Of a stretch of DNA of 64,000 nt, positions 37,443-47,700 are shown in pieces. Source of the stretch: Candidatus Omnitrophota bacterium (GTDB lineage: Bacteria > Omnitrophota > Gorgyraeia > 2-01-FULL-45-10). The stretch spans positions 52,806 through 116,805 of the forward strand of contig JAGVGJ010000039.1 in NCBI GenBank assembly GCA_020057115.1. Direction: 5' to 3'. Numbering within the stretch: the stretch's first letter is position 1; the number at the start of each line of letters is the position of its first letter. The translations under genes and the position numbers were made by a program. The notes below the pieces were generated by a model that worked only from the letters and a program-made list of their open reading frames with translations, did no database searches and was not told the origin of the DNA.

Positions 37443-38564
37443 ATGATGCGTAAGCTTACAGCGTTTTTACTTGTTTTACTTTTTGCCTCTTCCGTATCTT
37501 TTGCCGAATTAGCCGAGAAAGAGATCGTGGCGGAGGGAACAGCCCGCGCAGGCTCGGCTCAGTCGAAAGAGGCCGCGCTGAACCGAGCGCTCCGTAACGC
37601 CGTCGAACAGGCGGTCGGCACCATAATAGACTCCGAGACTATGGTGGAGAATTTTCAGCTATTGGATGACAAGATATATTCCGAGACGAAAGGATATGTC
37701 AAGAGTTATGAGATACTGTCGGACAATGGCGGGGAGGGGAGCGTCTACACCGTAAAGGTGAAGGCTGTCGTCGCGCTGGGGGCGCTCGGACAGAGCATCA
37801 AGGGCCTCGGCATAATACGCGAGAAGATGAATTATCCCAGGGTGATGGTGCTGGTGGGAGATTATGTCGACGGAGTCGAGCAGGCCAGCCATGTGATCGG
37901 CACCGAGATCGAAAAGGTCTTTATGGAGAGCAAATTCCCCATCGTCTCCAAGAACCAGATGGAGATGATAAAGGAGCGGGATGCGACGCTGTCTTACGCT
38001 GATCCGGCGAAAGCGGCTGCTCTGGGAAGGCGTTACGGCGCCGAGGTCGTCATAGTCGGGCAGGGTTCGTCAAGCCTTATGGATACCAGCACGCCTTACG
38101 GCGTGAGCGTATTCGCATATCAGGCGCATGTGGAAGTTAAGGCCGTAAAGACCGACAACGCGCAGATCCTGGCCGTAGATAGCCTGAACCAGACCGCCCG
38201 TGCCAACGGTAGGGTGCCGGCAGCGAATAAAGCGCTTGCCGATGCGGCGCAGTCTGTCTCGAAGAACATAATGGCGAAGATAGTGGAGGCATGGAGAAGC
38301 GAGGTATATAATGAGACATCGGTCGAGATCATATGCGACAATGCCGATGTTGCAAAGTCCTCGGCCATGAAGAAGGCGCTCGGCGCCATAAACGAAGTCA
38401 AAGGAGTGAGCGAGCGGTCACTCGTCGGCAGCACGCTCGAACTGGACGTGAGGTTCTTCGGAACGCCAGACCAGCTTGCGACCATACTTTCGGAACTTAA
38501 AGAGCCGGCCGTAAAGATAATATCCAAAACGCCGAGCAGGATAGATATCAGGTTTATAGATTAA
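37443..38564 (+). CDS. FlgT N-terminal-domain exported protein
   Basis: Signal peptide; AEG...ALRNAVEQAVG..IDSETMVEN...GYVKSYEIL; middle domain CsgG/FlgT-M-like. Confidence 0.7.
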   Translation: MMRKLTAFLLVLLFASSVSFAELAEKEIVAEGTARAGSAQSKEAALNRALRNAVEQAVGTIIDSETMVENFQLLDDKIYSETKGYVKSYEILSDNGGEGSVYTVKVKAVVALGALGQSIKGLGIIREKMNYPRVMVLVGDYVDGVEQASHVIGTEIEKVFMESKFPIVSKNQMEMIKERDATLSYADPAKAAALGRRYGAEVVIVGQGSSSLMDTSTPYGVSVFAYQAHVEVKAVKTDNAQILAVDSLNQTARANGRVPAANKALADAAQSVSKNIMAKIVEAWRSEVYNETSVEIICDNADVAKSSAMKKALGAINEVKGVSERSLVGSTLELDVRFFGTPDQLATILSELKEPAVKIISKTPSRIDIRFID

Positions 38565-38580
38565 AACGGAGGAGGAGTGT

Positions 38581-39528
38581 ATGAATAAGAAGTTTTTTAT
38601 CATGACATGCGCGCTATGCTGCGTGTTATGCCTGCTGCCTTTAGATTCTTACGCAAGATCGAAAAATGAGCAGGTTGAGGAGATGTCGGCTTTAAAAGGG
38701 CCGAAAAAGACGATAGCCGTCATGGAATTCGAGAACAAGGCCGGAGCGGATTCGCAATGGCAGCTGGGCACGGGCATGGCCGAGATGCTTACAACAGCGC
38801 TTGTCAATACGGGCAGGTTCATAGTCGTTGAGCGCCAGGCAGTCACGGATGTCCTGAAAGAACAGGATTTCGGAGCGAGCGGCAGGACGACGGAAGTTGG
38901 CGCGGCAAAGATAGGCAAGATATTGAATTCGCAGATACTTGTAAGAGGGGCCATAACGGAATTCAGCAATCAAACATCCGGCGGGGATTCCGGCATAGGA
39001 TATATGGGCGTATCGCTCGGCATGTCCAGCTCGAAAGCCCACGTAGCCGTCAATATACGCATATTCGACTCGGTTACCGGAGAAGTGCTCGACTCGATGC
39101 GCTGCGCAGGCACTGCTAAGTCGAGCGGGGCATCCGTCGGTTATTCGGGTATTGTGAATGTCGGCGGCAGCGGGTTCGCCAAGACCCCGCTCGGAAAGGC
39201 CACCCAGCAAGCCATAGATGAAGCCGTCGCTTTCATTACGGCTAAGATGAACAATGTCCCCTGGTCAGGGAAGGTAGTTTCCGTAAAAGGGGATATCGTA
39301 TTCATCAATGCCGGACAGAACTCGAATGTAAATCCCGGGGACGAATTCACCGTTTATAAGAAGGGCGAGGATATGCTGGATCCTGATACCGGCGCCAGCC
39401 TGGGGTGTGAGATCAAGAAGGCCGGTCGCATACAGATAACGAGCGTGGAAGAGAAATTCTCAAAGGCTAAAGCCGCAGCAGGATCTGCCGCCTCTTTTGC
39501 TACAGGAGATATCATAAAGCTGGATTAA
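38581..39528 (+). CDS. CsgG/HfaB-family protein with an FlgT C-terminal-like domain
   Basis: IAVMEFENK, TGRFIVVER, EQDFG, GAITEF; C-terminal GKVVSV..VFINAG...DPDTG. Confidence 0.8.
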   Translation: MNKKFFIMTCALCCVLCLLPLDSYARSKNEQVEEMSALKGPKKTIAVMEFENKAGADSQWQLGTGMAEMLTTALVNTGRFIVVERQAVTDVLKEQDFGASGRTTEVGAAKIGKILNSQILVRGAITEFSNQTSGGDSGIGYMGVSLGMSSSKAHVAVNIRIFDSVTGEVLDSMRCAGTAKSSGASVGYSGIVNVGGSGFAKTPLGKATQQAIDEAVAFITAKMNNVPWSGKVVSVKGDIVFINAGQNSNVNPGDEFTVYKKGEDMLDPDTGASLGCEIKKAGRIQITSVEEKFSKAKAAAGSAASFATGDIIKLD

Positions 39529-39534
39529 CCGGAT

Positions 39535-40557
39535 CTAGCGCAGGAATTCATCAAAGTCGGCCGGTGTCAGTATCTCCGCTCCCGGGATGCAGTCAGACCC
39601 GAAGATATTCCCGGCGAGCGGGGTAAGGTCCTCTTTTACGCGCGCTCCCGCAGTCTCCATAGTTACGCGCACCGAACCGTCGGAAAAATATTGCGAACTG
39701 GTTTCTCTGGCCCCGCGCACGATCCCCTGGACGGTCGTGCGTATAGTGTCATCCTTCACCGCGAAGTTCTCGACCGTCGTACTGGAGTCTATCACGACCC
39801 CGTATATCTTTTCTGCAAGTTTTCTGTAACAATCGGTCACAGCCGCGCGTTTTGTCGTTACGCGCGCAAGGGCGCCGAACTTTTTGCCGTATTCGTCATC
39901 CGTCATCTCGACCGGAGGCCCTGAAGACGCCGCGCTCACGACCTCTTTTTCCAATATGGCTTTTGAGAGGATCCCGGAGCCCCTTGCGGTTATTATAGCC
40001 TTATCCCACGGCGAGATCTCGCGCTCCTCGCACTCTTTTATCAGGACATACTTATTTGCCTCATCCTTGCTCCGCAGGTCTACGGAGCTCTCCAGGACAC
40101 GGACCGCCGTAACAGGCCTGTCTTTTAAGACGAGCACCTCGTATTTCGTTCCGCGGGCGCCGGTCGTGCCTTGAGGCGTTTTGACGGTGAAGTCGGACTT
40201 TCCGGCTAATGACTTCAATTTTATCAGCAGGTCTCCATGGGACATCGACAGCTCGATCAGCTTGACCATGGACGCGAACGTCACCTCGGAGTTCTCGTTT
40301 ATCTTTACGCTCGATGCGCCGAAACTTATTTCGCACGAGCCGCCGCCCTGGGTCCTTACTATATCATTGGCCCGGATCGTACAAGGGATCGTCATATCCT
40401 GCCAGGAGTTCTTCTCGGCGCTGAATATAGCAACAGGCCCTTGGGCCTTCACCGCTGTGAGGACATAAGTTTCCTGGTCCGTATCCGAGGCAGATACGCG
40501 CAAAACAGCCGCCGCCAGGAATAGGGACGCCAGAAGCAGTATCTTACTAATACGCAT
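39535..40557 (-). CDS. Exported FecR-domain protein fused to an LPP20-like domain
   Basis: Signal peptide; DIVRT, VKINENSEV, VKTPQGTTGARGT (FecR); C-terminal KRAAVTDCYRKLAEKIYG...VRGA. Confidence 0.72.
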   Translation of the reverse strand: MRISKILLLASLFLAAAVLRVSASDTDQETYVLTAVKAQGPVAIFSAEKNSWQDMTIPCTIRANDIVRTQGGGSCEISFGASSVKINENSEVTFASMVKLIELSMSHGDLLIKLKSLAGKSDFTVKTPQGTTGARGTKYEVLVLKDRPVTAVRVLESSVDLRSKDEANKYVLIKECEEREISPWDKAIITARGSGILSKAILEKEVVSAASSGPPVEMTDDEYGKKFGALARVTTKRAAVTDCYRKLAEKIYGVVIDSSTTVENFAVKDDTIRTTVQGIVRGARETSSQYFSDGSVRVTMETAGARVKEDLTPLAGNIFGSDCIPGAEILTPADFDEFLR

Positions 40558-41530
40558 ATACATATGCATCATCCTGGTATCTGTAGTTCCCCAGACATTG
40601 ATTAGCCCACCCGGATACCTGTACTGGCGTCAGCGGCCGCCAGAACCCGAATCCCAGGCCGAAGCCGGTGCCGTAGAAGCGCGAATAGCCAGGGTAGTCG
40701 TAGTAATTCCTGAAGGCTGTGTAATACTGCTGGTCCTTTTTATCCTTCTTCTCGATCGCGGCGAGGTATTCGCGTTTACTCTTTATGTCGCTATCGGCCG
40801 ACGCGAGCATGGCCTTCTGGGTTTCCACGCTTACCTTATCGGGGCCGGCAATGCTTTCGCCGTATGGCGTCCAGCCGGGAGGCGGGGGAGCGGTTGGCTT
40901 TCCTGAGCCGCCGAACTTCTTGGCCATATCCACGCACTCTTTATTTATGTCCGGGAACCCAAGTTCTTTAGCGGTCTCACCCAGGGTCAACGCGGCCATT
41001 TCACTGCTCGTGCCCTTAACTAGCTCCTTCGCCGATGTTAGCGCTTTTTTAGCAGCCTGCTTCTCGCCAATATTTGAGTATATCTTGGCTATCTCTATAA
41101 GACCGCGCCAATCCTTAGCGGCTAATGTCAGGGGCAGTGCTTTTGCAAGAGAAGAAGACGCATTCTTCTTAGGACCCAGCTTCTCAGGAAGGACCATGTA
41201 ACCATATGCTACCGAGACAAGTCCCCTCCAGTCCTTCTGCGAACTTGCCAGGGCGCGAGCCTCGTTAAAAGGACCTGCGGCATCCTCAGGTCTTCCCAGG
41301 GCTGAAAATGCATTCCCGGCGTCCACGAATCCTTTCCAGCTTGAGCATTTTTTGGCATATTCGAGGCTCTTCGTAAAGTTGCCCAGAGCCCCGTCAATAT
41401 CGTTTTTGCTGGCGGCGAGATATCCGCGGCCCAGCTCATTTTCCATCTTGTCGGAATCGGTATCTTTGGCGATAGCAGGTTGAACAAATAGGAATATTAC
41501 GGCAAGGATAATGATGAAATTTTTTGGCAT
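40547..41530 (-). CDS. Exported TPR-like helical repeat protein with a Tyr/Gly/Phe-rich tail
   Basis: Signal peptide ending AIA; three (S/D)W(K/R)G(F/L) repeats; GGAGG RBS before the ATG at 41530. Confidence 0.6.
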   Translation of the reverse strand: MPKNFIIILAVIFLFVQPAIAKDTDSDKMENELGRGYLAASKNDIDGALGNFTKSLEYAKKCSSWKGFVDAGNAFSALGRPEDAAGPFNEARALASSQKDWRGLVSVAYGYMVLPEKLGPKKNASSSLAKALPLTLAAKDWRGLIEIAKIYSNIGEKQAAKKALTSAKELVKGTSSEMAALTLGETAKELGFPDINKECVDMAKKFGGSGKPTAPPPPGWTPYGESIAGPDKVSVETQKAMLASADSDIKSKREYLAAIEKKDKKDQQYYTAFRNYYDYPGYSRFYGTGFGLGFGFWRPLTPVQVSGWANQCLGNYRYQDDAYVYAY

Positions 41531-41663
41531 AGTGCCCTCCCTTTTTAATATAAATGACATAGATAAAGGCGTTTGTCAACGATTTATTGTAGCAGCATAA
41601 ACCTGATATTTGAATAATTTACATTATTAAAGGTTAAGGAAAAAAAAGGAAGATAAATTTTTA

Positions 41664-41691
41664 TTGACTTAACTATCACTTGTGATATAAT
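41664..41691 (+). promoter_or_regulatory. Promoter of the giant gene with an overlapping palindrome
   Basis: TTGACT-16 bp-TATAAT with extended TG; TATCAC-TT-GTGATA at 41674-41687. Confidence 0.6.
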
Positions 41692-41734
41692 TGATTATCA
41701 AATTACAAAAATATAGAAGAGGCTATCCTTAAGA

Positions 41735-44700
41735 ATGCGAAACACTATTTGGTTCAAAACAATCTGCATGCTTTTGGCGGCGGCGTTTTTGTCTTTAGAT
41801 GTCGCCTGGGCATACCCGCCTGACCGGATGGAGCCTTCCAGGCATAACCTTGCGCCAGAGTCGATATTCGGCGAGAGAGTGATGACTGATGGCACCAGGG
41901 CGCGCAAGGCCGATCTGCTCAAAGAGGAGGAATTAGCCGGATGCGTGATGAGCGTAGCCGTCCTCTTGTTCCGCGACCGCACGCCCGTAACTCGCCTGGA
42001 AACTACGCTTAGCCCCGAGTTTAAGAAGTCCATTGACGGCATAGACCTTTCGAAAGTCACTGCAGCTACCATAAAAGACAATAAGCTTGATCTCATCCCT
42101 CTGGAAGATGACAGGCTGATACCCAAAGACCAGATAGCGGGCATCCCCTACAAGAAAGACGGTAAATATTATTATATTCAAATAACGCCAAAAGGCAGCC
42201 CTGTCGCAGGGCGGCTTATCGGAAAGGCGTGGCCTATATCAGATATGTATGAGATAAGCGTATATGCCCCTGACGCATTGGTCACTATGCCTGTCAGGAG
42301 CACTGACGCCGGTATTGTGGAAACCGCAGAAGAGGTCGCGAGATCTCCGGAAGCTGTTATTCCGCCATCCATGGCTCCTCCGAGCGCGCCTACCGTTAAG
42401 ATGCCGGAAGCCTCCAGAAATCCGCCAGGCACTACATCATACTCGTTCACTTTCCCGGCCGCGCTGGCATTCTTGGTCCCGATCTTTGAAACAGCCAAAA
42501 ATTTTATAGCGGAGCATCCTTTCATTTCGGCTGGGGCCGGAATTGCCGCAGGAGCTGTTGTAGGGATGCTCGCATATCGTAAATTTTTGCGCATGAAAAG
42601 ATTCGCCGCCGGATCCTTCAGTAATGAAAAAGAGGCCGCTCTTACGCAGATATTTGATGACCTCGCGGATGTGGAAGATAAGACAAACAATGTAACAGGA
42701 GACAAAAAGAGAGTAGAGGCAAAAGAAAAAACAGCCGTTGTCATCGGAGCCGGGAGGATAGGACGCGGCCTGATAGGCAAGCTCCTCAATGATTCCGGTT
42801 ACAAAATAACATTTGTCAACAGGAGCTCCGGAATAGTCGATGCTTTAAATAGAGACGGCGGTTATAACCTTCAGATAGTGGGAAATGACGGGAGCGTGAT
42901 ATCCAGGCGCATAGGCAACGTGATCGCCATAGCAAAGTCAGATACAAACGGCGTAACCAATGCTATCTATGATACAGATACGGTGTTCCTCGCCGTATTC
43001 GACCAGGATTTTGATGACGTCTCTTCCGTGATAGCTAAAGGAATAGAGAATAGGCTGGCGGGAGGCGTGAGGCGGCCTATCAACGTCATAGTCGTCTCGA
43101 ACAGGTTCTCCGCGAAACACGTTGTAAGGGATGCCATATTGCGTCATGTCTCGCCCATGATGAGGACCGATGCGGACGCGCTCCTGGGGGTCGTTGATAC
43201 GGCGACATTCGATATAATACCCGGGATCCCGGACTTATTGGCCGAAAAAGACCCGAGCCTGATACAAGTATACAGCGACATGCATCTGTTTGCGGATAAT
43301 AGCGGATTCAGGGGAGAGCTTTTAAGGTTAAAAGGCATCGATATGACCGATAATATCAAGGATATAAAACTCAGGAAGCTATTCGTATATAACGGCGCGC
43401 ACGCGATATGCGCGTACCTCGGGTATCTTAAGAGGTACGAATATATACAGGAGGCGATAAATGATCCGGCCATAAGAGGCGTTGTGGGAGCCGCTTTCGA
43501 AGAGATGAGGGGCCTTTTGGGAGAGTGGCCTGATTATGATGAGTTTACCAGGTTTGTTATCGCAAGACTTGCCGATAAAAGGTTCAATGACAAACTCGAG
43601 AGAGTCGCAAAGGACCCTATAAGAAAACTGTCAAGTTACGACCGTCTCGTAAGCCCGGCTCTATTGGCCATTAAAAATAACAAAACCCCGCACGCTTATG
43701 CCATGGGCATAGCCGCGGCGCTTCTCTATGATGACCCGGCAGACGAAGAGGCCGTAAAGATGCAGGCAAGACTCGCTGAAGAAGGCGGCATTGGCAAGGT
43801 CATAAGCGAGATATGCGGTCTCCGGTCGCAATATAAAGATGAGTTTGTTCTCATCGATCTCATCAGAACGAAGATCGCCATAGCCCGCAGAGAGAAGGCA
43901 AAGGCAGAGCTTGCAAAATCTATGAAGGCCGGAATATTTGATGAAGATAATTATGACAAGGTGGTGCACGTCTTGGGCAAGGTGCCTAAAAATGTCAAGC
44001 TTGTAGTATGGGACTTTGACAATGTCATAGGCAATACGCAGAAGCTCTATGCCGAGGCGACAGCCATAGTCTATTGGAAGATAAGAAAAGGCATCAAAGA
44101 AGCGGACGCTATTCCCGAAGATAATGATCCTGTATATCGGAAAGGAAAAGACCTCTATAACCAATTTTTGGCCGAAGGCCCGGCTACTTTCCGCACCATA
44201 CAGAAAGCTATCGAAGAGGTGAAGTCGGAAAAGGAGCTTGCGTCCGGCCTGCTTCCCGAAGCTGAATATTACAAACAGTTCGAGGCGATAAGAGAGGCCA
44301 TGTTCAGCGTGCTCGACCCATCAGACTTTTTTAATCCCAGGATGAGAGAGCTATTGTGTATCGTAAGGGCGCTCAATCCAGACGTAGAATTTTGCGTGAA
44401 TACGGCTCTTGAAAAGAGTTTCTTTGAGCGGCAGTTCATGAGGCCCGGATTCAGGGGTTACTTCACTTCCGCCAAAGCGCTCAGCGTAGAGCAGAGGAAT
44501 GCCGGGAATATAGAGGAGGCGAAAGCGCGTAATCTGATGGTGCTGCTCCAGGAGAAAGGCGTCAAGCCCGAAGAGACCGTAGTCATAGATGATTCGAGCA
44601 GGTTCATGAATACGGTGAGGATGAGAGCTCCTGATATATTCAGGATAGGGGTCGCCACAGATATCAGGTTCGGCAAGAACCTTATCGATAAGGAAGTCAA

Positions 44701-47700
44701 CGTAGTATTCATGAACATGAAGCCTACGCCGGAAAAATTGATGATGCTTGGCCTTAACAAGAAGCTCCTCGAGAGCAATCAGGACGGCTCAAGCGTAATA
44801 AAGAGCGTAGCCCCCGATGTCTATATGATCAGGTCTGAACCCAAGGTCCAGCACGATCCCGGCGCCATAGATTGGGATATAGAGACCGCGTTCAGCAAGA
44901 AGCACGGGATGCAGCCTGTGAGGAGCGAAACGGCGAGAAAGGTCATGGAGCAGTCGTTCGAAGCGCTCGTCAGAAAAGGCAGCATAAAACCAAATGTCAT
45001 AGTGAACATAAAAGATTTCAGCCCTAATGCGGTCGCTGTCTACATGAGTAAATTGAAGGAGGTCTCGGAATATTATAACGGGAATGTCACTTTCGTGCTG
45101 GTAGTGGAAAACAACATAGAGCGCTTCCGGAACGACATGCCGAGCATGTTCAGCGCGGTGGCTAAAGCGCAGGCTGCTATAAGAGAGGCCGCAAAAGCGA
45201 AGAATGCGGATAGCGAGCATTTCGGGACCGAATACACGATGATGATAGCGGACGGCGGCCGGAAGATGAGGAACATGCCTCTCACGCTGGCGTATCTGTA
45301 CGAAGGCCTTATGCCGTACGAGAAGGACAGGATAAGGCTCCAGGAGGTATTCGTAAGGACCGGGGCGCTTCTCATGCAGATGCCGAAGTGCGGCGTGGAC
45401 GACATGGCGGTCGTCGGCTCCGACAGCGTATTCAACTCGGAGAAGATGGTGACAGCGGAGGGAGGGCCGCTGGCTTCTCTTAGGCAAAGAGCCCTGGTGG
45501 TCCCGGTGGTCCAGTATGATGCCAAAGAAGATATGTCGACAAAGATAGTCCGCGCTGCAGACGCCCAAGACAAGACGCAATATGTCCTTGTCAAGCCAGG
45601 AAAAGAGCTCTTGGATAAATACAGGCTCAAATATAAAGATAGCAGCTATTCGGGCCTCCACTTCCTTGCCATATGGAAGAAGTCCTTCCTCTCAGATTTT
45701 CTTCAGGTCATGCAGGGCGAGAAGATGGATAACGGAGATACGTTCTTAGAGCTCCCGTGCGACATGTTCATGCTCTTCTTCCAGAGCGTATTGATGCCGG
45801 AGGATGAGTGGGCAGCTTTAAGGCCAAGCGGGATATCGGAAAGGGACTGGAAGAAGGCAAGAGAACTTTCGACAAGATGCTTCGGCCAGGACCTGGCCCA
45901 GGTCAGGTTCGTGAAGATGGAGGCGGAAGAAGCCTTTACCGACGAGGGCATCCTTGAGACTTCACTGCCCAGATTCAGCCACCTTATAACGGATGACAGG
46001 AATGTCGTGAAGAAGAGCCCTGATGTGGATTTTGCCAATGCCACGGCCGCCAGCCTTGATCACGTGATCGTAAAAGGCAGCGGCAAAATAGTATTCGGCA
46101 AGAACGTGAAATTGTCGAAGGTCATCATAGAACTTAACGGCGAGGAGCTCAACATACCGGACAACTGGACGATCGTTAACTCATATTTGAGCGGCGATTG
46201 CAAATTTAAAGAGTGCAACTCCTGTGTAGAAAGAGATGCTGCCAAGGCGCCGCGTCCGGGATACATCTTGAACGGGGTCTTTGTCAAAGATGGCAAGCTT
46301 AAGCCTTTGGCCGGCATGACATTCGAAGATGATACGGCATCAACGGTCCTTTACACTATACACGGCGAGCAGATAGTCGTGACCGTATCGATAGATGCAT
46401 CCAAAGCTGAACTCGACAAGATGAGGTTCACCAAGCGCAATCGCAGTCTTATGGGCCTTCAGGTAGATGCAGATATACAGGCCAATATAAGGGCTAAAGA
46501 TGCGATAGAAAAAGCCGTAAGAGAAGAGATACTGTCGATGCCAAAGATATTTCCTCTGTCGAAGGATGCCGTTAGGAAAAGGGTCTCCATAGGAACGAAG
46601 AAGTTCGATAAGCCGGTCGAGTATGCGGAAATAATAAAGACCCTGGAGGATCGCATCAAAAGAGACAGCAAGGGTGAAGATCAATACTGGGTCACTATCG
46701 AAGGCATACAGGGCGCAGGCAAGACATATATGATCAATGAGCTTAAGAGAGTGCTGGAGGCGCGCGGTAAGAACGTGGTAGTGATAGAAGAGGACTGGTA
46801 TCACAGATCGCGTATGGAGCGAGACCACGAGATGGATTCTCTTGATAAGCCCGAGAAAAAAACAAGGATATATCACGCTGAGAACTGGCACAAGTGGGGC
46901 AGATTAAGAGACGACATTAAAGATGTAAAGGATGCAGCTATGTCCGGCAATGAAGTCACATTGACCCTGAAAGATCTGTATAATAGGGATGATGAAGGCC
47001 AGCTGACCAGGGTTGAGAAATTGGCCATAAAACCCGGTACCATATTCATATACTCCGGATTCTACGTATCCGACAAGGGGAAGGTTGATATAGATTCCGA
47101 TCTTTCGATCTATATAGGCATAAATCAGGAAGATTCGCTTATAGTTAAACGCGAAAGAGACAAATGGAGGCCCCGCGGTGAAGTGTGGCAGCTTGACGAT
47201 GTGATATATAGACCGGCTTTCGAGCAATATATAAGCACATATGATCCGGCAGCCTCCTCCGACATAGTGATCAGATTCGATAATATAGATAACCGCAAGA
47301 AGGCGAGCTTTGTAATGCCTCTTACGAAAGCCGAATATAAAGATTATTATGATAATGAAAAGAAAGAGGCGGCCAAGAGAGAGCGCGAGATACAGAAGCA
47401 GGCGAGATCTCAAATAACCGAAAAACTTAAAGATATGATGAGATCCTCCAATAATACCAAGGCCATGTTTGAGGAAGCGGCCAACAGGGTGGTGAGTCTA
47501 TTGCGCAGCGAAAGCATGCTAAAGGGCCCCTCATCCGACCATGAGATCAAAAGACAGATGACTGCGGCCGAGATCAGGGAGAGGGCGGAGAAGATCATAG
47601 TAGCGGCCAAGGCGGCAGATAGATCCAGGCTGCCGCCTGATTTCGGTGAATATGTCGCTCTTCTGAAAGATAATCTGGAGCGCCTTGAGCCAGATGCCAT

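Noticed and set aside
40523-40532. AGGGACGCCA matching the tRNA-Arg 3' end as a possible att site
   Set aside because: Only 10 bp, inside a coding region, no integrase nearby; compatible with chance.
44789-45661. Long antisense ORFs (this 290-aa one and similar ones elsewhere)
   Set aside because: They are shadows of well-supported sense genes and show no motifs or RBS.
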